This document shows positions 51,078-61,754 of a stretch of DNA of 64,000 nucleotides, in pieces. The position numbers and the translations under genes were made by a program. The notes under the pieces are model-generated. The model worked only from the letters and a program-made list of their open reading frames with translations. It ran no database searches and had not been told where the DNA came from. Each line of letters begins with the position of its first letter. The stretch's first letter is position 1. Source of the DNA: Hypanus sabinus (lineage: Eukaryota); NCBI RefSeq assembly GCF_030144855.1, contig NC_082720.1:57598001-57662000 (forward strand), given 5' to 3'.

Positions 51078-51910
51078 GTGAGGTTGTTATTCGATGGCGA
51101 GAACAACACCTCATGGGTCTGGATTGGATGTATAAATTTTTACTGAATATATGTTGATCATGAAGACTGGATTTGGGAAATATCTATAAATTAGTTATAT
51201 TTGCTTTCAATATGATCTGAATTTCCCGCCGCTATTTCAGGACCAGCGGCTCTGCTTATGAATCGTGTGCCTTTCAGTGCGTTTATGTTGTTTTATTATT
51301 TCATTGCATATTGAAATCAAAAAAACTTACCATTGAGGATATACGGTTAAAGGACAAAAGTCCTGGATTTATTGGTATCTATATTTTTGTTGAAGGAAAA
51401 TGCGAAATACTGTTCACTCTGCTTATTCGCTAGGTCCTGGGGCAGAGAAACTAATTGAGTATTATTGCTGCAGCCATGATACTGATGTCATGAGTTATGG
51501 TACTAGATTGATACTTATGTTCAGATTTTGTGTAATGATGTGTTTTACTCAGTTAACTAAAATCAACAGTCATTTGCTTATATAATTTCATGTTGTCATA
51601 GTACATAATTATATGACAGTATAATATAATTGTGATGCTTAATTATTTTAATAGTATTTGAATGCCCGATCCCTATTATATAACATTTTACTGCCATGTA
51701 ATGGGGATTAAGCTTTAAAATATGTAAAATAAAAATCGATCTGTTTTGAAAGTATGAAAACATGTACATCAATTTTAGATGCTTCCAAAACAGCAAAAAA
51801 TAGTCATTTTAATGGGTTTGAACGTAGTAGCTTTCAGAAAACACACCAAAAATTAGCAGTGGACATGAAATTTCCAAGCCACTGTATAAACTTATTTCAG
51901 AAATTTAGAT

Positions 51911-52086
51911 TGTACAATGATAAATATGACGGTGGGGTTACCAGAAGCATTATAGCTTTAAGAATGGTTCTGCGTGATGATTGGTTGAACGGCTGTTCAC
52001 CAATGAGAAGCTGAAATGTGCCTGGAGATCTGGACTGCCCACTTCTCTCCCAGCCACCATTATGCATGATAAGATACAGTGTAAAA
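51911..52086 (+). promoter_or_regulatory. Conserved promoter cassette of gene 11
   Basis: TGTACA 51911, TAAAT 51921, GCTTTAAG 51955, ATTGG 51980, CCAAT 52000, CTGGAGATC 52022. Confidence 0.85.
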
Positions 52087-52316
52087 CTCCGCATAGCGAG
52101 CCGCGTAGCGCTGGATTTGGGTTTTGTATTCGAAAGTGCTGGATATTTTAAATGAAATGGAATGGTTCGAGTGAAATCTCAATAACCTTTGAAAAATACA
52201 GGTACTTAATGCAACATTGCCTCTTTTGTCTGTAAAGCTGGCATTGTAGAATCTTATTCCAGAGAAGCGGTGAATGGCGTGTCGCGCTGAAGTCATTGCA
52301 ATGCTTTGTACAGGAG

Positions 52317-54725
52317 ATGGGATATTCTAATTTTTATTGGCTGTTTACATGGTCAATTTGTTATTGTATGTTATCATCCTGGGTTCTAGTTTCGGGACAA
52401 GTTCGCTATTCAGTTTCTGAGGAGCTGCAACTGGGTGCCTTTGTTGGGAATATCGCAGACGATTTGGATTTAGATGTGAATGAACTGACTGCTCGCAGTT
52501 TTCGGATTGTGTCTAGTCCCAGGAAGCAGTACCTCGATGTAAATTTGGACAGTGGAATCCTCTACGTAAAAGGGAAAATTGATAGGGAGCAGATCTGCGG
52601 GTCCAATTCTGCGTGCATATTGTTCCTAGAGGCCGTGATCGAAGATCCGCTGACTGTGTATCATTTTCAAGTAGAAATTCTGGATGTAAATGACAATGCC
52701 CCCAGTTTCCCGAAAGCACAATTCCGCTTGGAAATTTCAGAGGTTGCGGCGCAAGGAACGCGCTTTGCCCTCGAGTCTGCCTATGACCCAGATGTTGGAA
52801 TCAACTCGGTGCAGACGTACCAGCTGGGCGAAAACGAGCATTTCACCGTAGACATTCAGTCACGCCGCGGAGATGGCAAGCTACCGGTGTTAGTGCTGCA
52901 ACGGCTACTAGACAGGGAGAAACAAAAGATCCACAGATTAGTCCTGGTTGCGAAGGACGGAGGCATCCCTGAGAAATCCGGGACGGCTCAGATAATTGTC
53001 ACTGTCCAAGATGCGAACGATAATGCGCCGGTGTTTCAACAGTCGGAGTATAGGACAAGACTGTTTGAGAATACACCCAAAGGAACTCTGGTCATCAAAC
53101 TAAATGCTACTGATTTAGACGAAGGCTCCAATGGGGAGGTTGTGTACTCCTTCAGTAGCCACGCCTCCAACAGAGTCCGTGAGATGTTTAGTCTGGATTC
53201 CAGAACCGGCGAAATCAGAGTCAAAGATAATTTGGACTATGAGCAAAACGATATTTTTGAGATCAACGTCCAAGCGACGGACAAGGGATCTGTTGCAACG
53301 CCTGTGTATTGCGAAGTCTTGCTGGATGTTATTGACATTAATGACAATGCACCTGAGGCGACACTGACCTCTATATTCAGTCCTGTCAGTGAGGAGGCTT
53401 TGCCCGGGACAGTTGTCGCCCTGTTTAACGTGAATGACCAAGACTCTGGAGATAATGGGCAGGTACATTGCCAAATTTTAAGTGGTTCTCCTTTCAAACT
53501 GGATTCCTCTTTGAGGAATTATTACAGGATATTAACTGAGCAACGGCTGGATCGCGAAAACATCGCAAAGTATGATGTTACCATCGTGTGCAGTGATAAG
53601 GGATCTCCTCCTCTGACATCCAAGAAATCCATCCGGGTGGATATTTCCGATGTAAATGACAATGCTCCGCGCTTTATGCAGCCGTCATACACAGCCTATG
53701 TAACGGAGAACAATGTTATAGGATCTTCTATCTTCTCCGTTACTGCCACTGATGAGGATGTGAACCAGAATTCTCAATTGTCTTACTCCATCTTGGAAAC
53801 ACGGGACCAGGTTTTCCCAGTATCCGCTTACGTGAATATCAATTCAGAAACTGGGGTCATCTATGCTCAGAAATCATTTGACTACGAACAACTGAAAAGC
53901 TTCGAGATCTGTGTCCGAGCACAGGACTCTGGGCCTGTATCACTGAGTAGCAACGTTTCAGTAGATGTAATTATCCTCGATCAAAATGACAATGCTCCAG
54001 TCATCGTTCATCCACTACCAGAACATGGCTCGACAGTGACCGAGACAGTGTCGAGTTCCGCAGAGCCCGGCTACCTTGTCACCAAAGTATCCGCAATCGA
54101 CACAGATTCCGGCCAGAATGCTCGCCTGACTTATCAGATTTCCCAAGCTACAACCCCCGGACTTTTTACCATTTCTTCAGACTCAGGAGACATATGGACG
54201 ACGCGTGGCATCGTGGATAGAGATCTTAGGAAGCAACGTTTGCTCATCGTTGTGAAGGACAGCGGGGAGCCAGCACTTTCGGCCACGTTAACCATCATAA
54301 TCTCATTGGAACAGGGTTATTCGGAATCGTTATCCGAGGTGGATAGTTTATCCGAAGAAGCTGTTTTGGCCCCTGACGCGAGCTTTTATTTGGTCATGGC
54401 CTTGGGGTTACTGTCTGTGGTCTTCCTAATAATTGTAGTGGTGCTCGCCATTAAAGTTAACCAAAACCGATGGGGGTTTGACGATCGTAACTCTTGCTGT
54501 CGCAGGAGAAGTCGAAAGACGTGCAGGAGCATTCAAATACCCCCAAACTATGTGGAAGTGTTTGGGGGCGACCCACTCTCTCAGAGTTTCCGCTATGATA
54601 GTTGCTCTTCGTCACACACCACGAAGGGAGACTTCATGTTCCGCAACACGTGCAGCTCACTTGCAAGCAAGAATAACGAGACTCCGCCAATATCAAATTC
54701 CGAAAGTTGCAGAAACTTTATTCAG
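52317..54725 (+). CDS. Clustered protocadherin variable exon 11
   Basis: ORF 52296..54875; ATG 52317; donor CAG|GTGAGA at 54725/54726, phase 0. Confidence 0.95.
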
Positions 54726-55442
54726 GTGAGAAGCCTTTCCAAAGGAAACCGTTTGATTTACATACACGTCAAGATCGTAACTGGTGGAAAGGAAAAGCGG
54801 GATCCTCGTATGTTCTCTACTTTTCCTGATCATCGAGAAGCTCAATGTTTTCAGCACTTATCTGGCGCTCGGTAGATTTATAATTGCAGTTATTGTGCCG
54901 TATTAAATTACTGTAAGTCTTATAGATACAGCAAATTATGATGAAAAGAACAGTAGCATCCAAAATACCAATATGTTATGACTGTATAATGATAGATCAC
55001 TGTTCGGTGTTCTAACAAAAAAAAAACTTCCAAATATACAAGTGAAAAATCGCGGGAAACAGATAACAGGTTAGATGGCATCTGTGGAAACAAACTAAAT
55101 CAGATATGGCAAAGGTTCTTCGAGCTTCCGAGTTAAATCTGTTTCTCTTGCCGCATATGTTTCCTGGCCTGCTGTGTGTTTACAAAATTCAGTTTTTTTT
55201 TATTTTCACCATCTTCAGTTTTGTTGATTTTTCAAAAATATCTTCATAATGAATTAAATAAAAGGTCTTTTGCAGGTGTTATTGAATGAGTAGACGTTGC
55301 TCTGCCAACTTGGGCAATTAAGAATGACTGCCATTAGATGTGTCGTCATTTTGACGGCAAGTTCTGTTTTATCATATTGAAAACTTTTCTGAGAAAGAAA
55401 ATATGTACAATATTGATAGTAAGGAGAGTAAACATTTTTAAG

Positions 55443-55620
55443 TGTACAACTATAAATGCCACGATTACGCTGAGGTTTTCAAAGACGTTCTAGCTTTAAG
55501 CGATGCTTAGCCTAGTGATTGGTTGAATGCGAACATGCTCACGTTCACCAATCAGAAGGCAGATGTTGGCTGGAGATCTTTCCCTATCCACCATCGCGTA
55601 AGATCAGCTACAGTGTAAAA
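55443..55620 (+). promoter_or_regulatory. Conserved promoter cassette of gene 12
   Basis: TGTACA 55443, TAAAT 55453, GCTTTAAG 55493, ATTGG 55518, CCAAT 55548, CTGGAGATC 55570. Confidence 0.85.
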
Positions 55621-55840
55621 ATTGACAGCAGGCTGCGTAATGCTATATTAGGATCCGAGAATACTCCTTTGAAGGATTTTAAAAATAGGAACATCTGCGA
55701 TAGTTAATGTGTGGATTTTCAAATTGTACAGGTATTTCTTTACTAAAGCAATGTAAAATTGTATAGAAAGACATTTATTAAGGCGGTTTCGCGGACTGAG
55801 CAGGGCTGCGCCGAAGCATTTGAAATGATTTTCGCCGGAA

Positions 55841-58312
55841 ATGGGATATTGCAGAATATATTGCTTGAAAAAATGGTTTCTCCTTTACTGTCTATTCTTC
55901 TGGAGTCTAGTTTCGGGGCAAATTCGTTATTCGATTCCCGAGGAACTACAACTTGGCGCCTTTGTTGGTAACATCGCGGACGATTTGGGTTTAGATGTGA
56001 AAGAACTCACAGCTCGAAATTTTCGCATCGCGCCTGGTCTCGGGAAAAAATACTTGGATGTTAATTTAGACAATGGGATATTATTTGTGAAGGAAAAGAT
56101 TGACAGAGAGCAGCTTTGTGGATCGAGCCTTACTTGCCTTTTATCAATGGAAGCTGTAATCGAAAACCCTTTGAATGTCTATAGAGTTGAAGTGGAGGTT
56201 TTGGATATAAACGACAATGCTCCCATTTTTCCAAAGAATCAGGTCCGCTTAGAAATATATGAAGTGGCGACGCCGGGTGCCCGTTTCCCCCTCGAGTGTG
56301 CGTACGACTCGGACGTAGGGACAAACTCCTTACAAGACTACCGCCTGGTTGAGAATCAATACTTCGCACTTGACATTGAGACCCGCAGTGGGGAGGAGAA
56401 GCTGCCAGTGTTAACACTGGAGCGGGCGCTGGACAGAGAGAAAGAAGCAACCCACAGGTTACAACTAATTGCTAAGGACGGCGGGATTCCCCCAAGATCC
56501 AGCACTGCTGAAATATTAGTCACAGTACAGGATGCCAACGACAACTCTCCTGTATTCGCCCAGTCCGTCTACAGGGTCAGTCTGAATGAAAATGTGCCCA
56601 AAGGAACACTTGTAATCAAGCTTAATGCCACTGATTTGGATGACGGGTCTAATGGGGAGTTAGAGTATTCATTTACCAGCCATACCTCGGCGACAGTGCG
56701 TGAAATGTTTGATCTCAATTCAATAACAGGGGAGGTCAAAGTAAAGGGGATTTTGGACTATGAGGTAAATCGTGCCTTTGAAATCAATATTCAGGCAATG
56801 GACAAAGGTTTTGCTCCGCAACCTGCGTACTGCCGTGTTCACGTGGACATTACTGATTTGAATGATAACGCCCCTGAAGTTAAGGTAACGTCTTTGTTCA
56901 GTCCTCTTGCAGAGGACTCTTCCCTGGGGGTTGTGATAGCGCTGATTAGTACCACAGATAAAGACTCGGGAAAAAACGGAGAGATCCATTGTCAAATCCC
57001 AAATAATCTTCCATTTAAACTGGATTCGTCTTTAATAAACTATTACAAATTGCTGACTGTGGACCAATTGGATCGGGAAAATATCCCAAAGTATGACGTC
57101 ACTATAGAGTGTAGTGACTCAGGTTCGACTCCTCTCACCTCCGAGAAAACAATGCAGGTAGAGATCTCTGATGTAAATGACAACGCGCCTCGATTCAGCC
57201 AATCGTCCTACACAGCCTATGTGATGGAGAACAACGTCATCGGAGCCTCTATCCTATCAGTGACAGCTATCGATCCCGATTTAAAACAGAATGCTGAAGT
57301 ATCATATTCCATTACGCAGAACCAGCTTCGGGGTGAGTCAATAGCCAACTGCGTGTATATTAATTCGGAGAATGGAATCGTATTTTCTCAAAGAAGTTTC
57401 GACTACGAGGAACTCAAAGGCTTCCAGTTCCAGGTTCAAGCACGGGACAACGGAAGCCCGCCACTCACTAGCAATGTTTCGGTGGAGATTGTTATCTTGG
57501 ACCAGAACGATAATGCGCCAGTTATTGTTCATCCACTACCTGAACATGAGTCAACTGTCATGGAAACAATGTCTCGCTCTGCCGAGCCAGGTTACCTGGT
57601 TACCAAAGTGTCCGCCATCGATGCTGACTCGGGCCAAAATGCTCGCCTCTCTTACCAGATTGTCCAGTCTACTGACCCGGGACTTTTCACCATTTCACCG
57701 GACACGGGCGAAGTGTGGACCATCCGAGCCATGGAGGAGAAGGACGCGACAAAGCAAAAGTTAACCATCGTGGTAAAAGACAACGGGACACCGCCGCTTT
57801 CAGCTTCCCTGACCATCAGTTTGTCGGTGGTTGACGGGGATGCCCAGTTGCTCTCTGGGGTCACAGATTTGGACGAGAAGGCGGCTTTCAAGTCCGTATT
57901 GAGTTTTTACTTGGTGATATCTCTGGGGGCAATTTCATCCATTTTCCTGCTCATCTTAATCATCCTCGCTGTGAAGGTCCATAAAAGCAGGAGTGGATTT
58001 GGTGTTTACGGTTGGTACGGGGACATCTGCTGGTGTTATCAATCAGGACGCTCTCTCAATGGGATTCAGAAAGCTAGCAGAAACATTCAAATACCTCCGA
58101 ATTATGTAGAGGTATTCGGAGGTGATCCGCTTTCTCAAAGTTTTCGCTATGGAACCAATTCAACTATAGGTTCTACCAAGAGGGATTCCCCATTTCCCAA
58201 TACGCATAGCCTGACTGCAGTGACATATAAAAGCGGGGGGAGGCCTAATGAGAAATACAAATATCTGCAAACCCAAGCACCTGAACATTGTAGAAACTCT
58301 GTAAATAATGAG
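55841..58312 (+). CDS. Clustered protocadherin variable exon 12
   Basis: ORF 55841..58357; donor GAG|GTGAGG at 58312/58313, phase 0. Confidence 0.95.
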
Positions 58313-59017
58313 GTGAGGTATTCATCTAGAAAGGCAATAGATACCTCACAAGTATGATTTGTTTGCATTTATATGCAGTAATCCATATTATTGCAGTCCA
58401 TCTTGGTGGCATTATCTGCTCATCGAAACGAAGTTCCTTTTGGCATCTACAATCCATAACTGCAAAGCATTTTTTTCTGTGCGTTTAAGCTATCTAATTA
58501 TACTGTGGTCATTCTTCTTGAACGCGTAGGCGTTATTTATTGTCGATGTCGAAGGATGTTTCAGCCAATTTAAAATATGCCACATTTGGTTACAATGCGT
58601 AGTAGAAGAAAATGATTTTAGACTATATCAATGAATCGAAAGCAAATGTGAACTAATATGTAGCTATAAATACACACACGTTTTAGTGGCATTGTTTGAA
58701 GAATATAATGCATTTCAGGCTGTTCTGAATGTAAATTTAATCCTGGTGATAATGTTGTTTGTAACTGTATTTCTTCGTCATTTATGTTGATAATTCAAAG
58801 GTCAACGCGAGTATCAAAATTACCTGAAATAGACAGGTGGATGTTACATATTAAAGCAGTTCAGTTTGGAATTATCAAGAAAAGATCAAGTATTTTACAG
58901 TTAGTACATAAATAAATGGTCTTTAAGTGTTCCCTTTTGAAACTCTCTTGAAAACTATTTAAGTGAAATGTATAAACCTCTAAGCGAGTAACAATGGAGG
59001 CAGAATCAAATTTCCAT

Positions 59018-59205
59018 TGTGCAACTATAAATATTTGTTTTCGAAAGCAGAAACAGTGTTTCAGCTTTAAGAAATTGAGTCTTTGTGATTGGCTGAAAGC
59101 GAATGCGCCCTCACTCCCCAATCAGAAGCTGAATGGTGAATGGGGATCCTGACGGCCCCTTACGCCGCCTGTCCGCCATCACATCTGATCCGATGCAATA
59201 TGAAA
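59018..59205 (+). promoter_or_regulatory. Conserved promoter cassette of gene 13
   Basis: TGTGCA 59018, TAAAT 59028, GCTTTAAG 59064, ATTGG 59088, CCAAT 59118, TGGGGATCC 59141. Confidence 0.85.
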
Positions 59206-59429
59206 TTACATAGCAAGCGATGTGAGATTGTATCTGAATCGTGATATTTACAAGGTTTGGCAAGATTTAACTACAAAGAGAAATCACGAAGCCATATCAC
59301 AGCTGCAGGTATTTTTTTTTGTAGAATGGAAGTCCGTATTTGGAATTTTTAAACATAACCATTTTATTCCAGTGAATGACTGGGCAGCGCCGGGACGTGC
59401 TGAAGCATTCGGAATGCATTTTGTGTGAA

Positions 59430-61754
59430 ATGGGACTGTGTAAAATATACTGGTTGTTAAAATGGCAACTATTATGTTCAGTGTTCTCCTGGAGGCTAAT
59501 TTCTGGACAGATACGTTACTCCATTCCCGAAGAATTGCAGTCGGGCGCCCTTATTGGGAATCTCGCAGCTGATCTGGGTTTAGATGTAGAGCAGCTCTCA
59601 GCTCGGAATTTCCGTATTGTGTCCAGTCCCACGAAACAGTATCTGTATGTAAAACTAGACAAAGGCGTTTTACTTGTCAACCAGAAAATTGACAGAGAAC
59701 TCATCTGTGGTTCAGCCCTCGGTTGCGCGTTGACACTGGAGGCAGTTATTGACGAACCTCTGAATGTGTATCATATCGAGGTGGAGATTGTAGACATAAA
59801 CGACAACGCTCCCCAGTTCCCAAAGAACGAGATACGTTTGGAAATATCCGAGGGAATGTCGCCTGGAGTCCGCTTCCCTTTAGAGTCTGCTTTTGATCCG
59901 GACGTAGGCAGCAACTCACTGCAGACCTACCAACTGGCTACAAATCAATATTTCCAACTGGATGTACAGTCTCGCAGTGGGGATGGTAAGCTCCCGGTTC
60001 TGGTAATGGAAAGAGCTCCCGACCGGGAGCAACAGTCTACTCTGCATTTGCTGCTGACGGCTCTTGACGGGGGCATTCCTGAACGATCGGGCACCGCACA
60101 GATTATTATCCGCATCTTGGATGCCAATGACAACATGCCTACGTTCAGCCAGGCGCTTTACAGAGTCAGATTGCTGGAAAATGTACCCACGGGAACGCTA
60201 GTGATCAAAGTGAATGCCACCGATCTGGACGAAGGTTCCAATGGAGAGATAGTTTATTCATTTGGTAGTCACGCTTCTGTCAAAGCACGGGAACTTTTCA
60301 GCATAGACCCTAAAACTGGAGAGATTAGAGTGAAAGGGCCTCTGGATTTTGAAACGGGAACAGAGTTGGAGATTAGCATACAAGCTGAGGACAGGGGATT
60401 CCTCTCTGTACCTGTGCATTGCGATGTGCTTGTTGAAATCGTAGATGTGAACGATAACGCGCCAGAGGTGGCAGTGACCTCTCTGACAAGTTCAGTCGCC
60501 GAAGATGTCCCGCCAGGGACGATGGTAGCCCTAATCAGTGTGACCGATTCAGACACGGGACAGAATGGAGAAACTCGCTGCCAGATACCAAAGAATCTTC
60601 CTTTCAAATTAGACCCGACGTTTAAAAACTACTACCGGTTGCTCACCAAAGATTTACTCGATCGGGAAATGGCTTCTCAGTATGTCATCGCCATTACCTG
60701 CAGTGATGCGGGATTGCCTGTGCTTACCACTAACAAGACTATTCAGTTAAAGATCACAGATGTAAACGACAATCCTCCGCGTTTCTCGCAGACTTTGTAC
60801 ACTGCCTATGTGACGGAGAACAATGTGATTGGCAGTTCCATATATTCAGTGTCAGCTTCTGATGCAGATGTAAATCAGAATTCCAGACTGTCTTATTCTA
60901 TTCTTCAGACGTGGACCGGCGGTTTTCCTGTATCCGGCTACGTTTCTATAAATTCAGAAAACGGCGTAATATCCGCTGAGCGTTCTTTTGACTACGAAGA
61001 ACTGAAGAAATTTCAAATCGAAGTCCAAGCTACGGACGCTGGGGAGCAACCACTGAGCACGAATGCATCGATCAATGTGGTCATCCTGGATCAGAATGAC
61101 AACGCTCCGGTAATAATATCCCCAAGGCCCGAGTACGGTTCGACAGCAGAGGAGACGTTGTCCAGATCAGCAGAACCAGGTTATCTGGTGACCAAAGTAT
61201 CTGCTGTCGATGCAGATTCGGGACAGAATGCAAGACTTACTTACCAAATGGCCCAGGTTACCGACCCTAGTCTTTTCACCATTGCACCTGACACGGGGGA
61301 GATATGGACAAGCCGTCGAGTTACCAATGAAGATGCAACAAAACAAAGCGTGGTAGTCGTGGTAACTGATAATGGGGTCCCACCACTTAAGGCTACAATT
61401 AATATAATATTAACATTTGAGGGCAGTCACACAGAACTTCTCTCAGAATCGAGCAGCGTCAGTGGCGAACTGGGATTCCCTTCGCAAATAAGCCTTTACT
61501 TGGTTATAGCTTTAGGAGTAATTTCATCAGTCTTCCTAGTAATATTACTTATCCTAGCTGCTCAGCTCTACAGAAGCAGGAACATTTTTTACCGTCGCAG
61601 ATGCGCTTTGGACACGTGTTGTATGAGTTCTACACATTCTCTTAATGGAATACAAAAAGCCAGTGTAAACCTTCAAATCCCCCCGAATTATGTTGAAGTG
61701 TTTGGCCGTGATCCGCTCTCCCAGAATTATTGTTACGAGGTATGTTCCTCATAA
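59430..61754 (+). CDS. Clustered protocadherin variable exon 13 (truncated tail, shifted donor or incipient pseudogene)
   Basis: ORF 59376..61754; ATG 59430; intact EC1-6 and TM; TAA at 61752 precedes the ancestral donor at 61889/61890; alternative in-frame donor GAG|GTATGT at 61739/61740. Confidence 0.85.
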   Translation: MGLCKIYWLLKWQLLCSVFSWRLISGQIRYSIPEELQSGALIGNLAADLGLDVEQLSARNFRIVSSPTKQYLYVKLDKGVLLVNQKIDRELICGSALGCALTLEAVIDEPLNVYHIEVEIVDINDNAPQFPKNEIRLEISEGMSPGVRFPLESAFDPDVGSNSLQTYQLATNQYFQLDVQSRSGDGKLPVLVMERAPDREQQSTLHLLLTALDGGIPERSGTAQIIIRILDANDNMPTFSQALYRVRLLENVPTGTLVIKVNATDLDEGSNGEIVYSFGSHASVKARELFSIDPKTGEIRVKGPLDFETGTELEISIQAEDRGFLSVPVHCDVLVEIVDVNDNAPEVAVTSLTSSVAEDVPPGTMVALISVTDSDTGQNGETRCQIPKNLPFKLDPTFKNYYRLLTKDLLDREMASQYVIAITCSDAGLPVLTTNKTIQLKITDVNDNPPRFSQTLYTAYVTENNVIGSSIYSVSASDADVNQNSRLSYSILQTWTGGFPVSGYVSINSENGVISAERSFDYEELKKFQIEVQATDAGEQPLSTNASINVVILDQNDNAPVIISPRPEYGSTAEETLSRSAEPGYLVTKVSAVDADSGQNARLTYQMAQVTDPSLFTIAPDTGEIWTSRRVTNEDATKQSVVVVVTDNGVPPLKATINIILTFEGSHTELLSESSSVSGELGFPSQISLYLVIALGVISSVFLVILLILAAQLYRSRNIFYRRRCALDTCCMSSTHSLNGIQKASVNLQIPPNYVEVFGRDPLSQNYCYEVCSS

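Larger units (their letters stand above)
35520..51890 (+). repeat. Tandem segmental duplication, four units of about 4.0-4.15 kb (genes 7-10 with spacers)
   Basis: ATG spacing 3998/4024/4148 bp; spacers align (e.g. CTTAGAAAGTCCACCAAAAAGTAGCAGC at about 39467 and 43483, related copies at about 47600 and 51835). Confidence 0.9.
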
